Positions 47,544 through 56,240 of a stretch of DNA of 64,000 bases are shown piece by piece; position 1 is the first letter of the stretch; each line of letters opens with the position of its first letter. The notes under the pieces are model-generated. The model was not told the origin of the DNA. It saw only the letters and a list, made by a program, of their open reading frames with translations, and did no database searches. A program made the position numbers and the translations under genes. The DNA comes from a virus: positions 88,590 through 152,589 of IMG/VR virus record IMGVR_UViG_3300037258_000282; one strand, written 5' to 3'.

Positions 47544-48677
47544 TTAGAGCGCCCTGAGGATGACGATACTCTCAGTCATCCTCGACTGTAGATTAACTGG
47601 ACTACCTTCTACTTGGCCCATTAACTTCCCCAGGGCGATCTTACCAGCCGATAGAACTTCACTAACTATCTCGGCAGTCTTTCGTCCAGTCTTTTTAGTG
47701 ATAGAACTACTCGCGTCGGACCCAACTATCGTAGTTCCACTTACAGAAAGAGTCGAGCCATTCTTGGCCCTATGCACCGTAAGTAAGTTATATCTCGTAT
47801 TTATACACCAGACTTCAGATGCTCCCACTATCTTCTTAGGGTCTATGGATACGACCTTAAGGCTTGGACAGTCTCGCATGAACTTTAGGTTCTTTACGGT
47901 CTTGTCCGAGCTGACAGCCCTGTGAGTCCTTATTATGATCGGTTTTTTGACGACGTTCTTGGCGTTTGAGTCGTATCTCTCAGCATCTGATATCAGCTCA
48001 GCGAAGAAGTTTATACGCTCGTTCAACTGATCTGAAGACATGTTCCTGTACGCGTATCTCAAGTCGACATCGTCCGTATCTAAAGCTTCGACGAGCTCTT
48101 CGAACCACTCTCCATAGAAAGTCACGATCGCCTGAATATAAGGTCTCGGCACAGACTTCGCCGCTAGGTATTCATATAGTGAGAAATTCTCATTTAAGTC
48201 GATCTCACGCTCTATATCCCCCAAGACATCCGAGATCCTGTTTGTCTGAGTCTTATCTCTCGCCTTCGTCTGACGATCTTCAGTCGCTTGCGGTTTTATG
48301 GCGCGCGATTGAGCGACGTCATAGATCTTCTTGATGATGAACGCCTCGGGCTCTCCTGGAAGTTCGCATCCCCTGGACAAAAGTCTGGCTATCCAGCATG
48401 CCGTGAGCGGAAGCCACGTGTCAGGCATCCTCTTCAAGATCTCGAATTCTTCTGACAGTTCAAACTCACTCAGATAGACTTTTAGATACTCTCTAGCGTC
48501 GGAGGCATCGCACATGGTATTGTACCACGTCAGTGTCGATCCATACTGGCTGTCTGTAAGAGGATCTGAGAACTCTGGCTCTGGGCCCATGAACTTTAGG
48601 TTGGCGTAATAACTCTCTCCGCGAGTCATTCTCTCTACTTTACGCGCGGGCCTCTTAGTGATAGTCGACCTGCGCAT
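47544..48677 (-). CDS. Conserved hypothetical protein of T4-like phages
   Basis: GPEP, LTWYN, VSIDPKKIVGASEVW.INTRY, LSVSGTTI; preceded by an early-type promoter. Confidence 0.75.
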   Translation of the reverse strand: MRRSTITKRPARKVERMTRGESYYANLKFMGPEPEFSDPLTDSQYGSTLTWYNTMCDASDAREYLKVYLSEFELSEEFEILKRMPDTWLPLTACWIARLLSRGCELPGEPEAFIIKKIYDVAQSRAIKPQATEDRQTKARDKTQTNRISDVLGDIEREIDLNENFSLYEYLAAKSVPRPYIQAIVTFYGEWFEELVEALDTDDVDLRYAYRNMSSDQLNERINFFAELISDAERYDSNAKNVVKKPIIIRTHRAVSSDKTVKNLKFMRDCPSLKVVSIDPKKIVGASEVWCINTRYNLLTVHRAKNGSTLSVSGTTIVGSDASSSITKKTGRKTAEIVSEVLSAGKIALGKLMGQVEGSPVNLQSRMTESIVILRAL

Positions 48678-48712
48678 AGTGGATCCAAACCTTCTAGCGA
48701 ACTGTCATCACC

Positions 48713-48741
48713 ACAATAACACGTGAGTGCTCGCTTGTAAA
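48713..48741 (-). promoter_or_regulatory. sigma70-like early promoter
   Basis: TTTACA-N17-TATTGT with extended TG. Confidence 0.55.
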
Positions 48742-48749
48742 CTACTTAT

Positions 48750-49388
48750 TTAAGAGAAGATCGTGGTGGTCACCATCACTCTCCCATAGACCTCCGCGCT
48801 CCCATAGACCCGAGCGTTCTCATAGATCCGAGCGCTTCCATAGACCTCCGCGTTCCCAAAGACCTGAGCGTCTCCATAGACCTCCGCGTTCCCAAAGACA
48901 TAAGCGTTCCCATGGACATAAGCGCTTCCATAGACCAGAGCGTCCCCATAGACCCGAGCGTCCCCATAGACCCGAGCGTCCCCATAGACCCATCCGGAGT
49001 CCGATAGGTTCTCCTCGCGCTCGATCCATCCCCCGAGGTCTTCGGCCTTGACTCCATGGATTGGAATATCCCGAGTAGCCCGAATCCTTCTGAGAGTGAC
49101 TCCATAGTGGAGTAGAGTCTCTCCGGTGAACTCAAATGTTTTATTGGAGGTCTTCGTACTTGAGTTCATCTCTGAGTCGAGATTGTCGAGTGCGTGCCTA
49201 ACGTCCGCCATCTCTCTCCGCACCCAGTCGACGTTCATCTCTCGCTGATCTGGTGGCAATTCTGGATTGAATGAGGACCATCCACACCGAAGCGTCTTAC
49301 CTAGCGCGGCGCACAGCTCTCCGCACTCCTCGACTGTTTTTCCTACTGCAAAGTCGAGCCCTGGACGCATGTATCGCTTATCTGTCAT
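48750..49388 (-). CDS. MazG-like domain fused to a hexapeptide-repeat paralogue
   Basis: KTVEECGELCAALGK...REMADV (MazG-like acidic pattern), then FEFTGETL...LGGWIEREENLSDSGWV and VYGDAR repeats. Confidence 0.7.
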   Translation of the reverse strand: MTDKRYMRPGLDFAVGKTVEECGELCAALGKTLRCGWSSFNPELPPDQREMNVDWVRREMADVRHALDNLDSEMNSSTKTSNKTFEFTGETLLHYGVTLRRIRATRDIPIHGVKAEDLGGWIEREENLSDSGWVYGDARVYGDARVYGDALVYGSAYVHGNAYVFGNAEVYGDAQVFGNAEVYGSARIYENARVYGSAEVYGRVMVTTTIFS

Positions 49389-49472
49389 GATCTTTTTCCT
49401 TTTTCACGCCGTGAAGTCAAACTCCACGAGCAGCCACATTTAGCCAATGAACTTATAGTACTTCATCAGTTC

Positions 49473-49676
49473 TTAGCTCTCAGACCGGTTGAGTCTCTTT
49501 GAGACTTCGGCTATCTTAGCCTTAAGTCTGTCATATTCCTCAATAGAGTACACGACAAGTTCATCATCATCTGGCCACAGCTGGGCGTGAAGTTGATCTC
49601 TACGCCATCTTCGCCAGAGCAAATATCGATACCGCCCGCACTCGGAGATATCAGGGTCATATAAGTGGAGCTCCAC
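49473..49676 (-). CDS. Small protein with DUF1643-like N-terminal fragment
   Basis: ISECGRYRYLLWRRW matches the start of DUF1643 proteins, but the rest of the domain is absent. Confidence 0.45.
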   Translation of the reverse strand: MELHLYDPDISECGRYRYLLWRRWRRDQLHAQLWPDDDELVVYSIEEYDRLKAKIAEVSKRLNRSES

Positions 49677-49863
49677 TCGATTCGCTCCACTGCTTTCGCG
49701 CCCGAGCCCATCTGCCCATCATAGTCTTTACGTCGACCGTCTGTGGCTCCGCGTAGAAACCGGCCGTCGCTTCGTCAAACTCGTCGGCGCACTTAATCAA
49801 CTTATCGACATCTGCGTGGCCAGACGCCGCGAGTTTCCGCATGTTATCCGAAAGTACCGTCAA
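49657..49863 (-). CDS. Hypothetical protein
   Basis: AGGAG SD, TTG start, 68 aa. Confidence 0.6.
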   Translation of the reverse strand: MTVLSDNMRKLAASGHADVDKLIKCADEFDEATAGFYAEPQTVDVKTMMGRWARARKQWSESSGAPLI

Positions 49864-49879
49864 CTGTTATCTCCTATTC

Positions 49880-50800
49880 CTATAGTCTTCCTATGGCGCG
49901 CTCTAGAAAGTTAATAATATCTATCGTCTCGTCACCCAGAGGCGTACCTCCGCGTGTTTCCTGCCAGTGCTCCCGCGCCTCGGCGAAGGTAAAATACCTG
50001 CATCCGGCCGTGAGGCGCGGCGTACCATCGGCGCATGGAAACGCGAAGAACGTATAGCCGTCGCTGCGCATGACGAAAGGAAGATTCATCGTTATCCGCG
50101 CGCCACCGAAGACCCGAGCGCTCCCGTAGACCTTAGCGCTTCCATAGACCTCCGCGTACCCATAGACCCGAGCGTCCTCAGAGACTTGAGCGTCCCCGTA
50201 GACCCAAGCGTCCCCATAGACCATGGCGTCATCATAGACCCAGGAGTTTCCATAGACCCGAGCGTCCCCATAGACCCGAGCGTTCCCATGGATATAAGCG
50301 CGCCCGGAGACCCAAGCGCTCCCGGAGACCTCCGCGTACCCATAGACCCAGGAGTTTCCATAGACCCGAGCGTTCCTATGGACCTCCGCGCCACCGCAGA
50401 CCTGAGCGTCCCCGTGGACTATAGCGCTTCCATAGACCTTCGAGTTCCCATAGACCCGAGCGCCTCCGTAGACCCGGGTGCGCCCATAGACCTGAGCGTC
50501 CCCATAGACCCAAGCGTCCCCATAGACACGAGCGCTCCCGGAGACCAAAGCGCCCCCGTAGACCCGAGCGTTCCCATGGATATAAGCGCTACCATAGACC
50601 TGAGCGTCCCCATAGACCCAAGCGCCGTCCGTGTGACTTAGGTTACGTTCGGTCGCGATGTAACCACCAAGGCTACCTACTTGCACTTCTCCAAATTCCC
50701 GCGCCGCGACAATGCGATAAAGTGTCGTACCATCATTTGAGGTAACTGTATCATCTGGTAGCAAGTTGTACTTGGTAACATAAATTTGATTGTCGCTCAT
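49880..50800 (-). CDS. Hexapeptide-repeat (left-handed beta-helix-like) protein with C-terminal AGCRYF...EAREHW domain
   Basis: LYRIVA...LGGYIATERNLS, about 29 VxGxAx repeats, then RSDGYTF...AGCRYFTFAEAREHW. Confidence 0.8.
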   Translation of the reverse strand: MSDNQIYVTKYNLLPDDTVTSNDGTTLYRIVAAREFGEVQVGSLGGYIATERNLSHTDGAWVYGDAQVYGSAYIHGNARVYGGALVSGSARVYGDAWVYGDAQVYGRTRVYGGARVYGNSKVYGSAIVHGDAQVCGGAEVHRNARVYGNSWVYGYAEVSGSAWVSGRAYIHGNARVYGDARVYGNSWVYDDAMVYGDAWVYGDAQVSEDARVYGYAEVYGSAKVYGSARVFGGARITMNLPFVMRSDGYTFFAFPCADGTPRLTAGCRYFTFAEAREHWQETRGGTPLGDETIDIINFLERAIGRL

Positions 50801-50849
50801 GGATTCAATATCTCCTTGCTTTTATTGATGTCATTCATTGACTATCGCT

Positions 50850-52253
50850 TCATCCGCGCTTCTTCCTCCATGGAGCGTCTCTCTGCCAGTCACCTGCCAT
50901 GATATTTCCAATTGGATCGACATAATCGACTATATCACAGAGATCGAAGTCTTTTATCTGACTCAGAATCTCTTTTGCGGACTTGTACGCCGATGGAAGT
51001 TCAGATTTATCTGGAATTCCAGAGAAGTATCTTACGTCGATTCCCTTAGCCTCATTCCTGATGATCTCCTCTACCGGACGATCAGCGCTCATCCTTAGGT
51101 ACTTTCCGCGTGAGAAATTCCTTCCAGCCCCATGCGGAGCGAATCCGAGGGATGATGACATACCAGACTCCGGACGCGTCTTCGCCATCAGAATCGGCTC
51201 TGCCATGTTGAGCGGTATCAGAGTCAGATTGTTGGTGTCGTCAGAGAAGAAGTCATATGCTGGAGTCGCGCCCTTGGCGTGATAGAACAATCCGTCGGAT
51301 TTCTGAAACACGAAGTTGTGCTCGTTCCAAAATCGATCTTTGACCTTCAGACCTAGGGCGTCTGCGCAGGCATCGTGTATGGCGAAGTGACTCTTCTTGG
51401 TCCAGCGCCTGATCAGCTGAAGCGCCGCCCAATACTCCCTCCCGTCGTCTGACTCTGTGGGTATCCACGCCTGATGCTCTGGAACATCCGGAGCGATCTT
51501 CCTCCTATGACTCTCCGCGCACGCCATGCCTCGGTCGAAGAGCATGGCGCCAGGTTTTCTAGAGCCGTGATGAGTCACGAGAGCGATCTGTCCGGTCGAC
51601 CTGACTCGCCCGACGAAGAAGAAGTGATTTCCGTCGCCCTGAGTTCCGAACGTCGCGGAGGCCGCATCTCCCATCATCGACAAGAACTTGTTTCTCTCGA
51701 AGTCGTCCATCAGATCTTGAGATGGACATAGGGCTCGGTAGGTTTTCTTTCTCCCGCCGAAGTGCGAGAGCTTCATCCCCGCGTCGAGCAGATCTGTTCC
51801 AGTATTAGTGGAGGAAGCGAAGCCCGCTTGTCCGAATATAGATATGGCCATAGAGCAGCATATGTCGGATGAGTGCATGGCCGGATGAATGGCACTCTTA
51901 CAGGCCGCGACGCCGCCGACCGGAATCACCCCGAGTCTCAGATCGTAGGGGCACGCATCCGGCATTATGGTCGCCGCGATTACGGTGGGAACTCTAACGA
52001 GCTCGTCCATTGACTTTGCTACCATATCGTAGTTCGCCAGATCATCGTCTGTATTCAGGCGGATGTTAGAGCTCCACCGTGGTCCCGATCCCGACTTCCT
52101 GAGACTCATCTGAACTGGCTCGTAGTGGTCGGCGAACGCGCGGATCTCCTCGTCAGTCTCGAACGAGAGACAGGCTGAGTCTGCGATGACCGCCTTCCAC
52201 CACGGCGCGCCGCGGTATCCCAATTCCTTAAGCTTCGAACCAGTGATTTCCAC
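50850..52253 (-). CDS. rtcB: RtcB-family RNA ligase (3'-phosphate/5'-OH)
   Basis: MPDAC, IPVGGV, DICCSM, GTQGDGNHF, VTHHGSR, NEHNF, HAKGAT, HGAGRNFSR, ELPSAYK. Likely GTG start at 52253 after GGAGG. Confidence 0.92.
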   Translation of the reverse strand: MEITGSKLKELGYRGAPWWKAVIADSACLSFETDEEIRAFADHYEPVQMSLRKSGSGPRWSSNIRLNTDDDLANYDMVAKSMDELVRVPTVIAATIMPDACPYDLRLGVIPVGGVAACKSAIHPAMHSSDICCSMAISIFGQAGFASSTNTGTDLLDAGMKLSHFGGRKKTYRALCPSQDLMDDFERNKFLSMMGDAASATFGTQGDGNHFFFVGRVRSTGQIALVTHHGSRKPGAMLFDRGMACAESHRRKIAPDVPEHQAWIPTESDDGREYWAALQLIRRWTKKSHFAIHDACADALGLKVKDRFWNEHNFVFQKSDGLFYHAKGATPAYDFFSDDTNNLTLIPLNMAEPILMAKTRPESGMSSSLGFAPHGAGRNFSRGKYLRMSADRPVEEIIRNEAKGIDVRYFSGIPDKSELPSAYKSAKEILSQIKDFDLCDIVDYVDPIGNIMAGDWQRDAPWRKKRG

Positions 52254-52281
52254 AGCGATGATCCTCCGATCTTGCCTCCCC

Positions 52282-52378
52282 ACGATATACCTTCCATGAG
52301 CGACTGTCAATAGATCATCTCTCTGACCTTCAGAGCAGTTAACTCATGATTGACAAATCCGCTCGAGAGTGATAGTAT
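52282..52378. promoter_or_regulatory. Divergent sigma70-like early promoters
   Basis: Minus strand TTGACA-N17-TATCGT (52310-52282); plus strand TTGACA-N17-TAGTAT (52350-52378). Confidence 0.75.
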
Positions 52379-52411
52379 GGCGTAATGATATACATTTAGT
52401 CGGAGATAGAA

Positions 52412-52912
52412 TTGCTGATAGAACATGACAGAGGCGCGGTGGAAAGCCAGAATCAGATGGGAACACCAGAGTTAGATATTCCAGTCACGAGCGGGATGCA
52501 CCACATCGGTGTAACTGGAACTCGCAAGGGAATGACTAACTATCAGATGCGGTGCGTGAATAGTTTTCTCGTCGACCTGGCGTCCTCTAAGAAACCGACT
52601 CGCGTCGCGCTCCACCACGGAGACTGCGTTGGAGTGGATCTTGAGGTCGCGGAGCTCGCCGCGTCCATCGGTATGTGGGTGGTGTGTCATCCGCCTATAA
52701 ATAAAGAGTTGAGGGCATACCACGAGTCCGATGAGATTCGAGCGCCGGCTGGGTACATGTCGAGAGATCGAGATATAGTGAGAGAGTCTATATGTCTCAT
52801 GGTAGTTCCGATGGATGAGTACGTGGCTAGTGGAGGCACCTGGTACACGTATAATGAGGCCAGGAAGATGAGAAAGATCACTGAGATATTCTGGCCAAGC
52901 GAACTTCACTGA
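52412..52912 (+). CDS. SLOG-superfamily (YspA/DprA-like) nucleotide-binding protein
   Basis: IGVTGTR, LHHGDCVGVD, CHPP, SRDRDIV, GGTWYT; start codon uncertain. Confidence 0.7.
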   Translation: MLIEHDRGAVESQNQMGTPELDIPVTSGMHHIGVTGTRKGMTNYQMRCVNSFLVDLASSKKPTRVALHHGDCVGVDLEVAELAASIGMWVVCHPPINKELRAYHESDEIRAPAGYMSRDRDIVRESICLMVVPMDEYVASGGTWYTYNEARKMRKITEIFWPSELH

Positions 52913-53055
52913 TGCTCGCGAAGATCAAGAATTTTTTAAGTGAGTGCATAAGGATCGCGTCTAAGATCACTGGAGTAAGTCATAGGGAATCCACTCCTAT
53001 TGCCGCGCCTAGGGTCAAGATCCACATGTACTTTGGAGATGAGGAGATTAAGTGA
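52912..53055 (+). CDS. Small hypothetical protein (47 aa)
   Basis: MLAKIKNFLSECIRI...; TGATG overlap with the upstream gene and overlap with the next. Confidence 0.45.
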   Translation: MLAKIKNFLSECIRIASKITGVSHRESTPIAAPRVKIHMYFGDEEIK

Positions 53056-53258
53056 AGAAGTTTGAATTTATAGTCACCATATACGAGGGATGCGACGAGT
53101 TCTGGGATGAACTCAAGGATGAGCGAGACTTCGGCGCCGGCGTAGTGAAGTCGCTCATATCTGGTAGCATTGATGATATGGGCTTCGGTAGGGATACCGT
53201 CACCGTAAAGAGCTTCTCGTGGGAGCCTGATTCATTGGAGTCCAATGATAATGGCTGA
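53052..53258 (+). CDS. Hypothetical protein
   Basis: FEFIVTIYEGCDEFWDEL; SD present. Confidence 0.65.
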   Translation: MKKFEFIVTIYEGCDEFWDELKDERDFGAGVVKSLISGSIDDMGFGRDTVTVKSFSWEPDSLESNDNG

Positions 53259-53448
53259 CATCATTCAGATCAGCTCATTTCTCAAGACTAACTGCAACGT
53301 CGCGTCTGACTACCTGACATTCTGTAGGAATGAACTGGTACGTGAGGACTACGAGGACTTGCTAATAGCCATACTTGATCACGACCACTATGAGACTCTC
53401 GACGAGGACATGCAGGATATAGTCGACACTTACTGGAGCATCAAATGA
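53245..53448 (+). CDS. Hypothetical acidic protein
   Basis: In operon with overlapping neighbours. Confidence 0.6.
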   Translation: MIMADIIQISSFLKTNCNVASDYLTFCRNELVREDYEDLLIAILDHDHYETLDEDMQDIVDTYWSIK

Positions 53449-53657
53449 CAAGACTGACTGAGGTGAGCGTATGCAAGCTGCTCACGACTAAACTGAAGCA
53501 GGCCGAGCTAGCCGGAGAGCCGGCAAGTTGGCCGATCCCAATTGATAAAGAGGTCTTGGCATTCATCGCGAGAGGGCGCTCCGAGATCTACGTCTACGAC
53601 GCACTGGGCGCCTTACAGGAGAACTCTCTGAGCAGGCCGCGGCGCCGGACGCACTGA
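53445..53657 (+). CDS. Hypothetical protein
   Basis: ATGA overlap, GGAG SD. Confidence 0.55.
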   Translation: MTRLTEVSVCKLLTTKLKQAELAGEPASWPIPIDKEVLAFIARGRSEIYVYDALGALQENSLSRPRRRTH

Positions 53658-53670
53658 TGCTCGCTGTGCT

Positions 53671-54120
53671 ATGACTCTCAACCTAGCGTTTCTATTATCC
53701 CTACTGTTCTCTCAGCCGGCATCAGCTCCTCAACCTGCGCTCCATCATCAGAGCGCGGCTGTAGTCGGAGACTCACTGGCCGTAGGACTTGGAGGCGCCG
53801 CTCACCTTCCAACCTTCGCGAGAGTGGGAGCGTCGTCTTGCGTCATAGTTGGTATGGTTCCAAGATCATACTACTCCGTGGTGTTCGTGTCAGCTGGAAC
53901 TAACGATCCTCCCGGCAGGTGCCTAGATAAGATAAGAGCGCGCATCAGGGCCGGTAAGATCATCTGGATACTTCCAGTCAACTCGGCTCGCAGAAATGTC
54001 GTGAGATTCGCGGCCTCTCATGGGGACTCAACGCTAAATTACGTTCCCTCAGTTAAGAACTGGCCGCACCCAGACTCATATGAGCCGATGGCTAGATTAG
54101 CTAGAGCAGAGGTAGAGTAA
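53671..54120 (+). CDS. Secreted SGNH/GDSL-like hydrolase
   Basis: Signal peptide; VVGDSLAVG, SAGTND, C-terminal HP. Confidence 0.7.
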   Translation: MTLNLAFLLSLLFSQPASAPQPALHHQSAAVVGDSLAVGLGGAAHLPTFARVGASSCVIVGMVPRSYYSVVFVSAGTNDPPGRCLDKIRARIRAGKIIWILPVNSARRNVVRFAASHGDSTLNYVPSVKNWPHPDSYEPMARLARAEVE

Positions 54121-54130
54121 GAGACTATCC

Positions 54131-54286
54131 TTGGGAAAGACATACAGAAACCAAAAGTCGGCCTACGAAGATCAGTCCGATGCGAAGAAGTTCCAGAAGA
54201 GAGCTAAGAGAGATAAGAGCTTCAAGATCAAGCACGTCGCGACTGATAAGAAGAAGTTCATAGAACCCGCGGCGCTTCCTAAATAA
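54131..54286 (+). CDS. Small basic protein (51 aa)
   Basis: TTG-GKTYRNQKSAYEDQSDAKKFQKRAKRDKSFKIK...; fills the intergenic gap. Confidence 0.5.
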   Translation: MGKTYRNQKSAYEDQSDAKKFQKRAKRDKSFKIKHVATDKKKFIEPAALPK

Positions 54287-54301
54287 CTATATAAAGATTT
54301 G

Positions 54302-54330
54302 TTTACATGGCGTATGAGGTGTGATAGTAT
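54302..54330 (+). promoter_or_regulatory. sigma70-like early promoter
   Basis: TTTACA-N17-TAGTAT with TG. Confidence 0.65.
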
Positions 54331-54391
54331 CGCATGGTAGTTTGGGGGCAAGAAGATATTATGTCTTGCCAGTTGGGGAGGTGGTAAAAAG

Positions 54392-54853
54392 GTGAATAAG
54401 AGTGGAGATATAGTACTTAACGTTGGAAAGTACGTTGTCGGTGATCCATGCTACTTCATCGAAGACGAAGACTGGATTGATTTTCTTGAGGAACACGACT
54501 TCTTCACGGAGATAAGTCTTGGTAAGACCATGGATGGTAGGACCGCCTGCATAATGGCGACAGAGTTCGGCGACGGTACGCTCTTCGATATGGAGAAGAA
54601 TGAGTACATAGTCGACTCCGGCCTTATTGGAGTCATCGAGTATAGAGAGGGGGACGACATCCCCTACGGTATGAGACTCGTAGACTTTACCGAGAAGGCC
54701 TGGTGCTTCAACTTAGATGGGTTTCTTCACTTTGGTCCCATCATAATAGATACGGTCGGCAACTTCGAGGGATTCCTGGAAGAGGACGGTGAGGAAAAGC
54801 CGCCGCACGACTACGTATCTGAGATACTCGGCCGAGACCCGGTCGAAGATTGA
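54392..54853 (+). CDS. Conserved phage hypothetical protein
   Basis: GKYVVGDPCY, TEFGDG, VDSGLIGVI. Confidence 0.75.
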   Translation: MNKSGDIVLNVGKYVVGDPCYFIEDEDWIDFLEEHDFFTEISLGKTMDGRTACIMATEFGDGTLFDMEKNEYIVDSGLIGVIEYREGDDIPYGMRLVDFTEKAWCFNLDGFLHFGPIIIDTVGNFEGFLEEDGEEKPPHDYVSEILGRDPVED

Positions 54854-54856
54854 CTT

Positions 54857-54931
54857 TCCACGATAGTTTAATCGGTAGAACCTCGGGCTCTGAACTCGGG
54901 AATCCTAGTTCGAATCTAGGTCGTGGATCCA
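54857..54931 (+). tRNA. tRNA-Gln (CTG)
   Basis: TCCACGA/TCGTGGA acceptor stem, CTCTGAA anticodon loop, CCTAG-TTCGAAT-CTAGG T-arm, encoded CCA. Confidence 0.9.
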
Positions 54932-55061
54932 GTATCTTGAGTAGGGTCCAACTCCCTACTCAAGAGAGTACTCGATTCGGTCGCAAGCCTCGCCTACAGG
55001 AGGACAGGCGCGTCGAGCTTAAAGCGGTAGATGTTGCTATCATAAGTGATTGAATAAACTT

Positions 55062-55091
55062 AGGGGACTGTCGAGCGCTCGACAGTCCCCT
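55062..55091 (+). terminator. Perfect 30-bp palindrome / terminator
   Basis: AGGGGACTGTCGAGC-GCTCGACAGTCCCCT followed by a short T run. Confidence 0.65.
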
Positions 55092-55153
55092 TTATCATAG
55101 AGTGATGATCGGGATCCTCCGAGCTATCATCCTATGATTTTTTTCAAAATCAT

Positions 55154-55182
55154 TTGACATCTTCTTAAAGAGGTGATATGTT
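55154..55182 (+). promoter_or_regulatory. sigma70-like early promoter
   Basis: TTGACA-N17-TATGTT with TG. Confidence 0.7.
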
Positions 55183-55211
55183 TATATCCATCGACAAGAG
55201 GAGAGAGTCAG

Positions 55212-56183
55212 ATGTCTCATGAGATTGAAATTATCGACGGTAAGGCCGCGATGGCGTATGCCGGAGCGGTTCCCTGGCACGGACTGGGAACGAAGGTTCC
55301 ATCGGATCTGACTCCCATACAGATGCTTGAGGCCGCCGGGCTTGACTGGAAGGTGGAAAAATCTCAGGCCTACGTCGTGGTCGACGACGAAGTTCAGCTG
55401 ATCGATAGAGCCGCCCTGATCCGATCTTCGGATAAGAAGGTGCTCGACGTCGTCACAAATGACTGGAATCCCGTACAGAACGAGACGGCATTCGAGTTCT
55501 TCAACGAGTTTATCGCGACCGGCGACATGGAGATGCATACGGCTGGATCTCTTCACGGAGGTCAGATTGTTTGGGCTCTCGCCAAGACCAAAGATTCATT
55601 TGAGCTCTTCGGTGGAGATAGGATCGACTCCTATATGCTCTTCACTAACTTTCATCGGTATGGATGCGCGATCGACAACAGGTTCACTCCGGTTCGCGTC
55701 GTATGCAATAATACCATTCAGATCGCTTTAGCGGCCTACGACAACGATCGAATATTCAAGAGCTCTCATCGAAGAGAGTACATTCCGACACTCGCCAAGA
55801 AGGCTCTCGGAATAGCCACGGATGGCATGAAGAGCTATAAGGAGCGCGCGGAGTTTCTCGGCTCCAGGCAGGCCAAGGGCGAGGATATAGTCGACTACTT
55901 CAACCGAATATTTCCGATGAACTCCGACGGCGATAGTGAGAAGGTCCGAAGAAAGGATGTCTCAAAGAACGCCTCGCGCGCTCGGGCCATTCTTGAGACA
56001 CAGCCGGGCCATGAATTCGCCGCCGGAACGTGGTGGCAGCCATTCAATGCCGTGACGTACCTAGTAGATCACGTGATGGGAAGAAGCGATGACACTCGCA
56101 TGACTTCCGCGTGGTACGGCGCCAACCGAACTCTCAAGAATCGGGCCCTCACGGAAGCCCTCGCGATGGCCGACGCGTCGTGA
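55212..56183 (+). CDS. DUF932/DUF945-family phage protein
   Basis: MSHEIE...MAYAGAVPWHGLG, AGLDWKV, PVQNETAFEFF, TAGSL, FTPVRVVCNNT, GTWWQPFNAVTY.VDH, SAWYG. Confidence 0.88.
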   Translation: MSHEIEIIDGKAAMAYAGAVPWHGLGTKVPSDLTPIQMLEAAGLDWKVEKSQAYVVVDDEVQLIDRAALIRSSDKKVLDVVTNDWNPVQNETAFEFFNEFIATGDMEMHTAGSLHGGQIVWALAKTKDSFELFGGDRIDSYMLFTNFHRYGCAIDNRFTPVRVVCNNTIQIALAAYDNDRIFKSSHRREYIPTLAKKALGIATDGMKSYKERAEFLGSRQAKGEDIVDYFNRIFPMNSDGDSEKVRRKDVSKNASRARAILETQPGHEFAAGTWWQPFNAVTYLVDHVMGRSDDTRMTSAWYGANRTLKNRALTEALAMADAS

Positions 56184-56240
56184 TATGATTTATGAATAGG
56201 ACTCAGAGGACGCGAAGTCCTCTGATCGACAGGAGGTAAC

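Noticed and set aside
54850-55053. 67-aa ORF over tRNA-Gln, and ORFs 46777..47052 and 46845..47033 over the tmRNA
   Set aside because: They overlap well-supported RNA genes and have no protein features.
56203-56225. Hairpin TCAGAGGAC-GCGAA-GTCCTCTGA as a terminator
   Set aside because: No U-tract, and it sits just before the next SD; more likely a stability or processing hairpin, too weak to call.
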